64,000 nt of DNA from NCBI GenBank assembly GCA_035288465.1, contig DATEAH010000001.1, positions 4,739-68,738 on the forward strand. Reading direction: 5' to 3'. This DNA is from Patescibacteria group bacterium. Its GTDB lineage: Bacteria; Patescibacteriota; UBA1384; DATEAH01. Below the pieces are notes generated by a model, which worked only from the letters and a program-made list of their open reading frames with translations, did not search any database and was not told where the DNA came from. Position 1 is the stretch's first letter. Each line of letters opens with the position of its first letter. Positions 19,774-29,122 of the stretch are shown piece after piece. The translations under genes and the position numbers were made by a program.

Positions 19774-20466
19774 ATGAATGACGGAATTATTGCGAGTTGG
19801 GCCGATGCTTTGAATATTGCTTGGCACACCATTGCTGATCGGATTATTAACTTTATCCCGAACTTACTTGGCGCGATTTTAATTTTGATTATTGGTTGGA
19901 TTTTGGCAGTTTTATTAGATCGATTAGTCGATCAGTTAATGAGAGTAATTGGCCTTCAAAGCTTAGCGGAAAAAATGAAGCTCGAAGATGGCATCAAGAA
20001 AGTCGGCATTAAAAAAGATTTTGCGGGTTTAGTGGGCGCTTTTGTAAAATGGGTGATCATAATTGTCGCCTTTTTAGCCGCTGCAGAAGCTTTACAACTC
20101 ACTCAAGTGGTTGAATTCTTAAACAGCATCTTAAATTATGTCCCTAATGTCGCCGCCGCCGCTGGAATTTTGTTGATTGGTGTTGTTTTGGCTAATTTCT
20201 TGGCTGATGTGGTCGGTTCTGTGACTAAAGGGATTGAAATTGGTTATTCTGAACTTTTAGCTTTATTGGTGCGTGGTGCGATTTTGGTTTTTACGGTTTT
20301 AGCCGCTTTAGTCCAACTTAATGTGGCGAGTTATTTAATCCAAACCCTATTCACCGGTTTTGTGGCTTTGTTTGCAATTGCGGGTGGATTAGCCTTTGGT
20401 TTGGGTGGCAAAGATGCCGCCGCTGAATTTGTTGATAAAGTCAAAAAAGATATCCAAAAGAGATAA
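19774..20466 (+). CDS. Membrane protein with conserved TM-helix repeats (mechanosensitive-channel-related)
   Basis: Repeated amphipathic/TM segments resembling the PF05552 repeat. Higher GC than neighbours. Promoter-like TTGACA-16-TACGAT about 19699-19730. Confidence 0.5.
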   Translation: MNDGIIASWADALNIAWHTIADRIINFIPNLLGAILILIIGWILAVLLDRLVDQLMRVIGLQSLAEKMKLEDGIKKVGIKKDFAGLVGAFVKWVIIIVAFLAAAEALQLTQVVEFLNSILNYVPNVAAAAGILLIGVVLANFLADVVGSVTKGIEIGYSELLALLVRGAILVFTVLAALVQLNVASYLIQTLFTGFVALFAIAGGLAFGLGGKDAAAEFVDKVKKDIQKR

Positions 20467-20483
20467 TTTTTACTATTTTAGTG

Positions 20484-20512
20484 CTCTGTTCCGCTTTTTG
20501 GCGGAACAGAGG
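20484..20512 (+). terminator. Hairpin ctctgttccgc-tttttg-gcggaacagag after the membrane protein gene
   Basis: 11-bp perfect stem. No clear T-run, so it may be a bidirectional or processing hairpin. Same GTTCCGC...GCGGAAC core as the hairpin at 54438-54470. Confidence 0.4.
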
Positions 20513-20631
20513 CTAGAATAGGGCTTGATCCCACACAATTTATCTTTCGCCTTTTGGGAACTATTCGTTCACGGCTCAAGATGCGATTTTGAGGGATCAA
20601 TACCAGCTAATTAATATTTTAAAGAAGAGGT

Positions 20632-20666
20632 ATTGACATCGGTTTTTTTATTTGGTAGACTTAAAA
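20632..20666 (+). promoter_or_regulatory. Candidate promoter for 23S-5S transcription (TTGACA-17-TAGACT)
   Basis: ttgaca tcggtttttttatttgg tagact about 320 nt upstream of 23S. A second TTGACA lies at about 20713. Confidence 0.35.
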
Positions 20667-23073
20667 CATCACTATGAATTAATTTTTTTATAGGTGATAG
20701 GACAAGATTAATGTTAAATATATTGACAATTTGGACGGAGGTTTCAGGCGGCTAATTTAAAGCTGAATTTTAGCTTGATTTTGGACCGCCATGGCGGTCT
20801 TTTTTCATCTCTTGATTTAAAAATCTTTAAATTACCAAAAGTAATTTGAAGCAATTGCATCAAGCGTTGTTCATTAACAATTGATATTTTTGGTTTTTAC
20901 CTGTTAGTCTCCGATGCTCAGTCAGGGGGTCGGGGTTTTGAAGTCTCTTTTTGGCTTCAAAACGGAACAAATTAAATTACAGAATGCATATGGTGGATGC
21001 CTTGACATTAAAAGCCGATGAAGGACGTGGTAGGCTGCGATAAGCTCGGGGGAGTTGTCAAACAAACTTTGATCCCGAGACTTCCGAATGGGGAAACCCA
21101 CTCCGATGTAAATCGGAGGATCCGGCTCTTTTGGAGCTGGATGGTAAGCTGGCGAACTGAAACATCTTAGTAGCCAGAGGAAAAGAGAAAGACATTTTAT
21201 TCCCCTAGTAGTGGCGAGCGAACGGGGAAGAGCCCAAACTAGCCATTGCTTCGCAATGGAAGCACTAAATCCGAAATCCGAATTTCTAAACAAATTTATG
21301 AAATTCAAATCATAAAGACAAGTTTTGAATTTAGAATATTAAAAATTGTTTAGGATTTAGAAATTAGAATTTAGAATTTCCGCTGCGGAGTAGCGGCTGG
21401 GGTTGTGAGATATTGGTGTTTTTAATAACAAAGCTTTGAGAATTTTTAGCTAAACGAGTCTGGAAAGGACGGCCATAGAAGGTAATAGCCCTGTAAGCGA
21501 AAAAAATTTGAAAAGCTCTGATTTTCTCGAGTACTATCAGACACGTGAAATCTGGTAGGAATCTGCCCTGATCACGGGGCAAGGCTAAATACTTTTAATG
21601 TCGATAGCGAACTAGTACCGTGAGGGAAAGGTGAAAAGATCCCCGGTGAGGGGAGTGAAATAGTACCTGAAACCATATGCTGACAAAGAGTAGGAGCCCC
21701 GCCTTTGGCGGGGTGACTGCGTGCTTTTTGCATAACGAACCAACGAGTTAGCTGTTGCAAGCAAGCTTAAGTCCACTGGATGGAGGCGAAGCGAAAGCGA
21801 GTCTTAATAGGGCGTTTAGTTTGCAGCACTAGACCCGAAACCAGGTGAGCTAACCTTGAGCAGGGTGAACTCCGCAGAAATGCGTAGGGAAGCCCGAACC
21901 CGTCGAAGTTACAAATTCGTGGGATGACTTGAGGTTAGAGGTAAAATGCTAATCGAACCTGGCGATAGCTGGTTCTCCCCGAAATATATTTAGGTATAGC
22001 CCAAAGTGATCGTCTTTTGGGGTAGAGTACTGGATGAATTTCCCCCGCCTATGGCGGGGGGCTTTAACCAAACTCCGAATACAAAAGATTTCAGCTTTGG
22101 AGTCAGGTTGTGGGGGATAAACTCCATTGTCCAAAAGGGCAACAACCCAGACCATAATCTAAGGTCCCTAAGTGATAGTTAAGTGGGAAAGGATGTGATT
22201 AACCTGAGACAACTAGGAGGTTGGCTTAGAGGTAGCCATTCCTTTAAAGAGTGTGTAACAACTCACTATTTGATGGTTGATTGCGCCGAAAATACACGGG
22301 GCTAAAACTATCCACCGAAGGTATGGATTTCCGTCTTTTGACGGAAGTGGTAGGGGAGCGTTCTACATTTTGCGAAGGTAAAGCGCAAGCTTTGCTGGAA
22401 GGTGTAGAAGTGAGAATGTTGGTATGAGTAACGATATCCCGATGAAAACTCGGGACACCGAATTTCTGAGGTTTCCACCGCAACGACAATCGGCGGTGGG
22501 TTAGTCGGTCCTAAGCTGAGGCCGAAAGGCGTAGGCGATGGTAAATCCGTTAATATTCGGATACCATAAATATTGCGTTTGTACGATGGGGTGACGCGGT
22601 TTGAAGGCTAAGCGGTTACAAATTATCCGTCTAAGCCTGAATTTGGCTCTTTGGCAAATCCGGGAGCGTAATAATTCAGGCAAATGAAATTCCTTTCTGG
22701 GAAATTTAGCTGTAGGAATCGCCAAGAAAAACCTCTAAGGAGTGATATTTATGTCCGTACCGTAAACCGACACAGGTAGAATACTATAAGAGTAGTAAGG
22801 TGTACGAGAGAACCCACCAAAAGGAACTCGGCAAAACAGCAGCTGTAACTTCGGGATATAGCTTTCCCGCCTCATCGGCGGGACGCAGCTAAAGACTCCA
22901 GGCGACTGTTTATCAAAAACACAGGCCTCTGCTAACCCGCAAGGGGATGTATAGGGGCTGACGCCTGCCCAGTGCTAGTAGGTCATGGGGATCCCTGACC
23001 TCCGCCTTTGGCGGAGTAAGGGGAGAACTCAAGCCCTAGTAAACGGCGGCGATAACTATAATCGTCCTATGGT

Positions 23074-23717
23074 AGGAAGTGCTGCCATAGTAAAATTTGG
23101 CTATATGCTGGAAAATCTGTTGAATTTGAGGCTACTATGGTATAATATGTCCATAGAAGGACAATTATGCCAAGTAAAAAAGCAATCAATGCAGACAACC
23201 AGCAGGAAAGACTAAAAATTGAAAATTGGATCGTTGGTTTTACAGATGGAGAAGGTACATTCTCGGTAAGTAAAATAAAAAATTCTACCACAAAATCTGG
23301 CTTTCAAATTTTTCCTGAATTTGTAATTACTCAAGGAGAAAAAAGCCACTCAGTCTTAGTGAGTATTAAAAAATATTTCGGTTGCGGAAACATTTATATT
23401 AATAAAAGGTACGACAATCACAAAGAAAATTTATACAGATATTGTGTTAGATCAAGAAAAGATTTAACCGAAAAAATAATACCATTTTTTTGCACAAATC
23501 CGCTAAGAACTGCAAAAATAAAAGATTTTCAAAAATTTTGTAAAATTGTAAAAGCAATGAATCTAGGCGATCATTTAAAGAATAATTTCAATTTTTAGAA
23601 TCCTCAGAGACTATACGCCAAACCTCGACGTGACGTCGGGGAAGATATAGTCCCATCTGCATGGCGACATGCAGGTCCAATTTAGGACAATCCATTTTTT
23701 TTGGAAAAGAACATAAG
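23074..23717 (+). mobile_element. Group I intron in 23S domain IV (near E. coli position 1931) carrying a homing endonuclease ORF
   Basis: Conserved exon GGTCCTATGGT(AG) is interrupted. 5' exon ctatggt pairs with intron gccatag (P1, U.G wobble). Group I core elements R cctcagagactata (23609) and S gaagatatagtcc (23641) form P7. P9 hairpin ctgcatggcgacatgcag. Exon resumes at CGAAATTCCTTGTCG after a terminal G. The exact junction is ambiguous by about 2 nt. Confidence 0.8.
23167..23598 (+). CDS. LAGLIDADG homing endonuclease (single-motif, I-CreI-like), intron-encoded
   Basis: Motif WIVGFTDGEGTFS. 143 aa. Lies entirely inside the 23S intron. Confidence 0.85.
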   Translation: MPSKKAINADNQQERLKIENWIVGFTDGEGTFSVSKIKNSTTKSGFQIFPEFVITQGEKSHSVLVSIKKYFGCGNIYINKRYDNHKENLYRYCVRSRKDLTEKIIPFFCTNPLRTAKIKDFQKFCKIVKAMNLGDHLKNNFNF

Positions 23718-24002
23718 CGAAATTCCTTGTCGTGTAAGTTACGACCCGCACGAATGGCGTAACGGTCTGGAGACTGTCTCTTGGTGGGACTCGGTGAAAT
23801 TGCAATGCCGGTGAAGATGCCGGCTACTTATGGCAAGACGGAAAGACCCCGGGAGCTTTACTATAGCTTGATATTGAGTTGAAATTTTTGATTGTGTAGG
23901 CTAAGTGGGAGTCCCGCCTTTGGCGGGACGCAAGGTGAAATACCACTCTTTCATGGTTTCGGTTCTAACTCCTAACGACACGTTAGGAGAACAGTGTCAG
24001 GT

Positions 24003-24048
<46 letters not shown>

Positions 24049-24359
24049 TCCTAAGGTCAGCTAAGCGCAGATGGAAATTGCGCTGATAGTGTAAAGGCAT
24101 AAGCTGGCTTAACTGCGAGACTTACAAGTCAAGCAGAAACGAAAGTTGGGCTTAGTGATCCGGTCCGCCCGTGTGAGAGGCGGATCGCTCAACGAATAAA
24201 AGCTACCCCGGGGATAACAGGCTTATCTCCTCCAAGAGTTCACATCGACGAGGAGGTTTGGCACCTCGATGTCGGCCCATCGCATCCTGGCTCTGAAGTC
24301 GGAGCCAAGGGTTTGTCTGTTCGCCAATTAAAGCGGTACGCGAGCTGGGTTCAAACCGT

Positions 24360-24694
24360 CAAATTTTGGCATCGAGATATACGGCGGCTTTTCGCCGTAA
24401 GGCGAATCGAATAAATTGACTCATATCGGTGAAACCCTAACATTTGATAATTAACCTGTCGGATGTTAGGATGATACCGAGGGAAGTCTTAGAAAATTTA
24501 AGATTAAAAAGTAAAAATGGAAAATTTAAATTTTGAACTTTGATTTTTGATTTTTTGATGACCCCGTAGAGACTGATCCTTAAGTGGAGAGATTCGATAT
24601 AACAATATAACAATCGAATAAAACGTCAATCCCCCCGCCGACGGCGGGGGTGATGGTATAGTCCATACATTTGGTAACAAATGAAAAAATTACG
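24360..24694 (+). mobile_element. Second ORF-less insertion of about 335 nt in 23S domain V (near E. coli position 2585-2596), probably a degenerate group I intron
   Basis: Conserved GCGAGCTGGGTTCAAACCGT is interrupted and resumes at (G)TAAGACAGGTTGGTCC. Contains R-like ccccgtagagactgatcc and S-like tgatggtatagtcc. 5' exon ends in U with a possible P1 partner gcgg(c)ttt. The insert ends in G. No ORF, AT-rich interior. Confidence 0.45.
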
Positions 24695-24833
24695 TAAGAC
24701 AGGTTGGTCCTAATCTGCCATAAGCGTTGAAGCTTGAAGGGGTCTGCGCATAGTACGAGAGGACCTGCGTGGACGAACCTCTGGTTTATCAGCTGTCCCA
24801 TTCGGGGCACTGCTGAGAAGCTATGTTCGGTTC

Positions 24834-24866
<33 letters not shown>

Positions 24867-25072
24867 ATCCCTAAGATTAGGCTTTTGAGATTGGTCGTAG
24901 ACTACGACCTTGATAGGTCTTGAGGTGTAAGGTCAGTAATGATTTCAGCTTCAAGATACTAATATCAATTAAATTTAATTTGTGCAGACTTGAGAGTTTT
25001 CGAAGTCTCAAGTCTGCGACGACTGACAGGTAAAAACCAAAAATAATCAAGAATCAAATTTCGTCGTTTAAA

Positions 25073-25184
25073 CGCTGGTGTTCATGGCGGATGGGTCACA
25101 CCTGATCCCATTCCGAACTCAGAAGTTAAGCCATCCTGCGCTGATGATACTGCTTTTGTGGGACAGTAAGTCAACGCCAGCGCT
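25073..25184 (+). rRNA. rrf: 5S ribosomal RNA
   Basis: Helix I gctggtgtt/aacgccagc. Conserved CCGAACTCAGAAGTTAAGC. About 112 nt. Confidence 0.85.
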
Positions 25185-25211
25185 TAGATGATGAACCGAA
25201 TTTAGATCATA

Positions 25212-25238
25212 AAAAAACGGCCGTTTGGCCGTTTTTTA
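25212..25238 (+). terminator. Rho-independent terminator of the 23S-5S unit
   Basis: cggccgtttggccg hairpin followed by TTTTTT. Confidence 0.65.
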
Positions 25239-25315
25239 GTTGAAATTTTTGCAAACTTATGGTTTAATTTATTAGGATACGCCGATTATCAGAATATGCA
25301 AAGGAGGAAGGCTGG

Positions 25316-26152
25316 ATGGTTCAGTTGGGCGAGATCCAACTTCAGAGCCGAATTGTGGTCGCATCTGGTGCATTGGGCTACGGTCGGCGCTGGCCGCATC
25401 GTTGGTTGATTGATTTTCGTCAGCTTGGTGCTATCACCTTAAAAACTGTCACTTTAAATCCTGAAGAAGGAAATTACCGATGGTATGCACCTTGGAAAGT
25501 TTTGCGCAGGTTCCCAGATGGTTGTGGTTGGATAAATTGTTTCGGACTGACAAATTCTGGCTTATCTGATTTGATTGAACATAAATTGCCAAAAGTTTTA
25601 GAGTTACCGGTAATTGTCAGTATTTGGGGGGATACTTATTCTGAGCTCGCGACAATGATAGCCATATTAAATGAAACCGATATTCTAGCAATAGAATTAA
25701 ACATTTCTTGTCCGAATGTTGCTTATTCAAAATTACAAGATTTGGATAATATTGAAGATGCTTTCCCAAGACTCATTCGTGAATCTCGTCATCCTTTAAT
25801 TATCAAAGTTGGCGAAGGTCAGGATTACATTAAAATTGCCCAAATTACACAACAGGCTGGATTTTCAGCAATCTCGGCAATAAATACGGTCAGATCTAAT
25901 AATTCTGGGGGAATTTCCGGGCCAATGATTAAAAATCGAGCCGTCGAAGTAGTATCCCAAATCCATCAGGCAGTACCCAAATTGGCGATTATTGGTGGAG
26001 GCGGTATTGAAAATTGGGATGATGCTCAAGATTTTCTAAATGCCGGCGCAACCGCGGTTAGCCTGGCGAGTATGTTTATTTGGTATCCGCCTTATCAATC
26101 TTTTCCATTTTGGAAAATTAGACAAATTATTAAAGAGGAAAGAAAATCTTAA
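25316..26152 (+). CDS. Dihydroorotate dehydrogenase-family (PyrD-like) flavoprotein
   Basis: IVVASGALGYG, ELNISCPNV, and IIGGGGI...GATAV motifs of class-1 DHOD / dihydropyrimidine dehydrogenase-like TIM barrels. Confidence 0.65.
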   Translation: MVQLGEIQLQSRIVVASGALGYGRRWPHRWLIDFRQLGAITLKTVTLNPEEGNYRWYAPWKVLRRFPDGCGWINCFGLTNSGLSDLIEHKLPKVLELPVIVSIWGDTYSELATMIAILNETDILAIELNISCPNVAYSKLQDLDNIEDAFPRLIRESRHPLIIKVGEGQDYIKIAQITQQAGFSAISAINTVRSNNSGGISGPMIKNRAVEVVSQIHQAVPKLAIIGGGGIENWDDAQDFLNAGATAVSLASMFIWYPPYQSFPFWKIRQIIKEERKS

Positions 26153-26196
26153 CTCGGCGCCTAGTTTGGCACAATGCAAAATTAGGCGTTTTTTTA

Positions 26197-26225
26197 TTGC
26201 AAATTTTGAAGTTTTATTATATAAT
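26197..26225 (+). promoter_or_regulatory. Sigma70-type promoter TTGCAA-17-TATAAT
   Basis: ttgcaa attttgaagttttatta tataat. The track's ORF start at 26197 is actually this -35 box. Confidence 0.5.
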
Positions 26226-26246
26226 TAAACCACTTCAGGAAGGAGT

Positions 26247-26751
26247 GAGAAGGTTGAGGGCAGACGCTACTGTCCAAGCCGAAACCGATAGTTTAACAGA
26301 AGTTACTGATGAGAAATTGGAAAGTTTACTTGGACAAGCACGAGCTTTGCAGGATGGAATAAGTGGCGTGGCATATCTGAGAAATGCAAAACATGATTAT
26401 GACCGATGTGATTTACTTGGACTTAGAAATCGTGCCATACAAGGAGTTGCAGATGCGGCTGAATATATATTAGACTCGGAGTTTGAAAAAATTTCGAGAA
26501 TTTATTGCAACCACGATGATCCGGTGGTTTGTCCTTGTTCAGTTTGCGAGATAGTTTATATGATAAATCCGGAAACAGAAAAGAAAATCCAAGCAAAACT
26601 CCAACATTTACTACCCTCTTGTGTTAAGCTGGATGGAAATTTCAAAAACACTGATGCAGTCCTATTTGTACGAAATCTTGACGGTACTTCGTCCCCTCAA
26701 CAGATACCGGTAAAGTCCATTACTCGAATTAAGATTATCCGAAAACAATAA
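26247..26751 (+). CDS. Hypothetical protein with an HDDPVVCPCSVCE cysteine motif
   Basis: RBS ggaagga then a GTG/TTG start. GC higher than the genome average. No family recognised. Confidence 0.45.
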
Positions 26752-26866
26752 CCCAAGTCTTTTTCCGCGTGCGGAGTCTGTCCTAAGTGGACATACCAAT
26801 TAAAATACTCTGCGCGCTTTTTTTATTCTTGAATTCAGCTTGTGCTATAATAGAAAAGGAGGATTA

Positions 26867-28162
26867 ATGCGACAAATTGCGGATTTACATACACATTCAA
26901 AATATTCGAGAGCCACCAGCCCAGATATGAATTTGGAGACAATGGCGGAGTGGGCTGGGAAAAAGGGGATAAATATTTTAGCCACCGGCGACTTTACTCA
27001 TCCGGCGTGGTTTTCGGAGCTCAAAAATAAATTAGTCGAGAAAAAACCGGGTTTGTATCAATTAAAAGATCAAAAAAGCCCGAATTTATATTTTATTTTA
27101 AACACAGAAATTTCCTCAATATATTCAAAAACCGGCAAAGTTCGAAAAATCCATAATATAATCTTTGCGCCAAATTTAGAAACTGTCGCTAAAATTAATG
27201 TTAGGCTTTCTAAAATCGGCAATTTATGGTCAGACGGCCGACCGATTTTGGGTTTGGATTCAAAACAATTACTCAAAATTATCTTAGACATTTCACCTGA
27301 TTGTTTTTTGGTACCAGCTCATATTTGGACGCCCTGGTTTTCATTGTTTGGTTCAATGTCGGGTTTTGATACGATTGAAGAATGTTTTGACGAATTATCT
27401 GGCGAGATTTTTGCGGCAGAAACTGGTTTGTCATCAGATCCGGAAATGAACTGGCGTTTATCACAGTTGGATCGAATCAGCCTAATTTCAAATTCTGATT
27501 CGCATTCACCGGCAAACTTAATCCGAGAAGCGAATGTTTTTGACATTGATAAAGATAAGTTAAGCTATTTAGAAATTCGTCGGATTTTAAAAGAAAAAGA
27601 CAAAAAACACTTTTTATACACGATTGAGTTTTTTCCAGAAGAGGGCAAATATCATTTTGATGGCCATCGTAGTTGTAATATTTCCTTTTCACCGACCGAA
27701 ACCGCCAAGAATAAAGGGATTTGTCCGATTTGTCATCGTAAATTAACGATTGGAGTTTTAAACCGAGTGGAAGAATTAGCAGATGCTGACCGTCCAGAGG
27801 GATTTCGACCGAAAAATGCGATTAATTCTAAACATTTAATCCCGTTATCCGAAATTTTAGCGGAAGTGTTAGGGACGCAAAAATATTCGATGCGGGTTAA
27901 AAATGAGTATGAAAAATTAGTTCATCATTTTGGGAATGAAATCGAGATTTTGCTGGATGTAAAAATGGAAGATTTAGCCAAAGTGACTTTGCCGCAAATT
28001 GCCGCGGATATTAAAAAAATGAGAACCGGCGAAGTGGAAAAAATTGCCGGATTCGACGGCGTTTATGGAAAAATCAAGGTAAAATCTGAATCCGTCGAAG
28101 CTGAAAAAGTTGACGAAAAAGTTCAATTTAAAAACGCCTCAAAACAAAATAGCTTATTTTAA
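26867..28162 (+). CDS. Endonuclease Q-like PHP-domain nuclease (deaminated-base / abasic-site endonuclease family)
   Basis: DLHTHSKYS at the PHP N-terminus. PAHIWTPW, SNSDSHSP, GKYHFDGH, and a C-terminal Zn-finger CPICHRK with RVEELAD match the EndoQ architecture. Extended -10 tgctataat at 26844 and RBS aaaggagg precede the ATG at 26867. Confidence 0.65.
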   Translation: MRQIADLHTHSKYSRATSPDMNLETMAEWAGKKGINILATGDFTHPAWFSELKNKLVEKKPGLYQLKDQKSPNLYFILNTEISSIYSKTGKVRKIHNIIFAPNLETVAKINVRLSKIGNLWSDGRPILGLDSKQLLKIILDISPDCFLVPAHIWTPWFSLFGSMSGFDTIEECFDELSGEIFAAETGLSSDPEMNWRLSQLDRISLISNSDSHSPANLIREANVFDIDKDKLSYLEIRRILKEKDKKHFLYTIEFFPEEGKYHFDGHRSCNISFSPTETAKNKGICPICHRKLTIGVLNRVEELADADRPEGFRPKNAINSKHLIPLSEILAEVLGTQKYSMRVKNEYEKLVHHFGNEIEILLDVKMEDLAKVTLPQIAADIKKMRTGEVEKIAGFDGVYGKIKVKSESVEAEKVDEKVQFKNASKQNSLF

Positions 28163-28172
28163 AAGGAGTCGA

Positions 28173-28634
28173 ATGCTTGAAGAATATCAGGCAAAAAGAA
28201 AATTTGAGATTACTCCTGAGCCTAAGCCCAGCAAGGCCAAAAAAACCAAGAAAGGTTTAATTTACGTGGTTCAAAAACATCAAGCACAAAATCTGCATTA
28301 TGATTTGCGATTGGAAGAAAATGGTGTTTTAAAATCCTGGGCAGTTCCTAAGGGAATTCCCAAAAAATTTGGCGAAAAGCATTTGGCAATTCAGACCGAA
28401 GATCACCCTTTAGAATATGCTGAATTTTCGGGTAAAATTCCCGAAGGTGAATATGGCGCAGGTCTGGTGGAAATTTGGGATAAAGGCGAGTATCGAGTTA
28501 TTAAGGATTCTGTGGAAAAAGGCCATTTGCAATTTGAGATTAGAGGTGATAAATTTAAAGGGAAGTATAATTTAATCAGATTTAAGCGGGACGATCATAA
28601 ACTGCTTTGGTTACTTTTTAAAATAAATAAATGA
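28173..28634 (+). CDS. Stand-alone LigD 3'-phosphoesterase (PE) domain protein
   Basis: YVVQKHQAQNLHYDLRLEENGVLKSWAVPKGIP...HLAIQTEDHPLEYAEFSGKIPEGEYGAGLVEIWDKGEY matches the LigD PE domain consensus almost position by position. Confidence 0.8.
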   Translation: MLEEYQAKRKFEITPEPKPSKAKKTKKGLIYVVQKHQAQNLHYDLRLEENGVLKSWAVPKGIPKKFGEKHLAIQTEDHPLEYAEFSGKIPEGEYGAGLVEIWDKGEYRVIKDSVEKGHLQFEIRGDKFKGKYNLIRFKRDDHKLLWLLFKINK

Positions 28635-28696
28635 GTAATTTCTCGACATAGCTTCCTCGAGCATACTCGGGACAAGTCGAGACGAAGGAGGAATTA

Positions 28697-29038
28697 ATGT
28701 TCCAAATTTATTCACAGGATGTCGGAGGAGCAACTCCGACCGATCCTGCCGCAACACCAGGTTCAGATCCGTCACAAATGCCGGTTGCGCCGACACCAAC
28801 CCCATCATCAACCATGCCATCTGATCAACCAGCGGTTACGCCCACCCCAGATCAACCAGATGCAATGCCACCAGTTACTTTACCAGCACCATCAACACCC
28901 GATTCAACTCCAGGGATGCCAATTCCGGGTGGCGCGACGCCCGGTGGCGATGATTTAGCAATACCAACCCCACCCAAAGATACGCCGCCTGCTGATACTC
29001 CAGATTCTAGCATGCCAACCCCACCTCCGGCGGAATAA
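28697..29038 (+). CDS. Pro/Thr-rich low-complexity protein, 113 aa
   Basis: RBS aaggagg then ATG. Composition is dominated by PTP/PxxP words. GC-rich. Preceded by hairpin tctcgac...gtcgaga. Coding status uncertain. Confidence 0.35.
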   Translation: MFQIYSQDVGGATPTDPAATPGSDPSQMPVAPTPTPSSTMPSDQPAVTPTPDQPDAMPPVTLPAPSTPDSTPGMPIPGGATPGGDDLAIPTPPKDTPPADTPDSSMPTPPPAE

Positions 29039-29122
29039 GGAATTTTCTAATTCGAAGATAAAAGCCCAAACATAATTTGGGCTTTTCGGGTGAAGGGCTT
29101 TAAAACCGGAAGGCATTATAAT

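Noticed and set aside
26197-26246. ORF start at 26197 (TTG) for the hypothetical gene
   Set aside because: The TTG is the -35 hexamer (TTGCAA) of a consensus promoter whose -10 lies at 26220-26225. Translation more plausibly starts after RBS ggaagga at about 26247.
28719-28958. Alternative-frame ORF (79 aa, His/Gln-rich) and a minus-strand ORF overlapping the Pro/Thr-rich gene
   Set aside because: They are by-products of the GC-rich, repetitive PT-coding sequence. Only the frame with the RBS and ATG at 28697 has start context, and even that is given low confidence.
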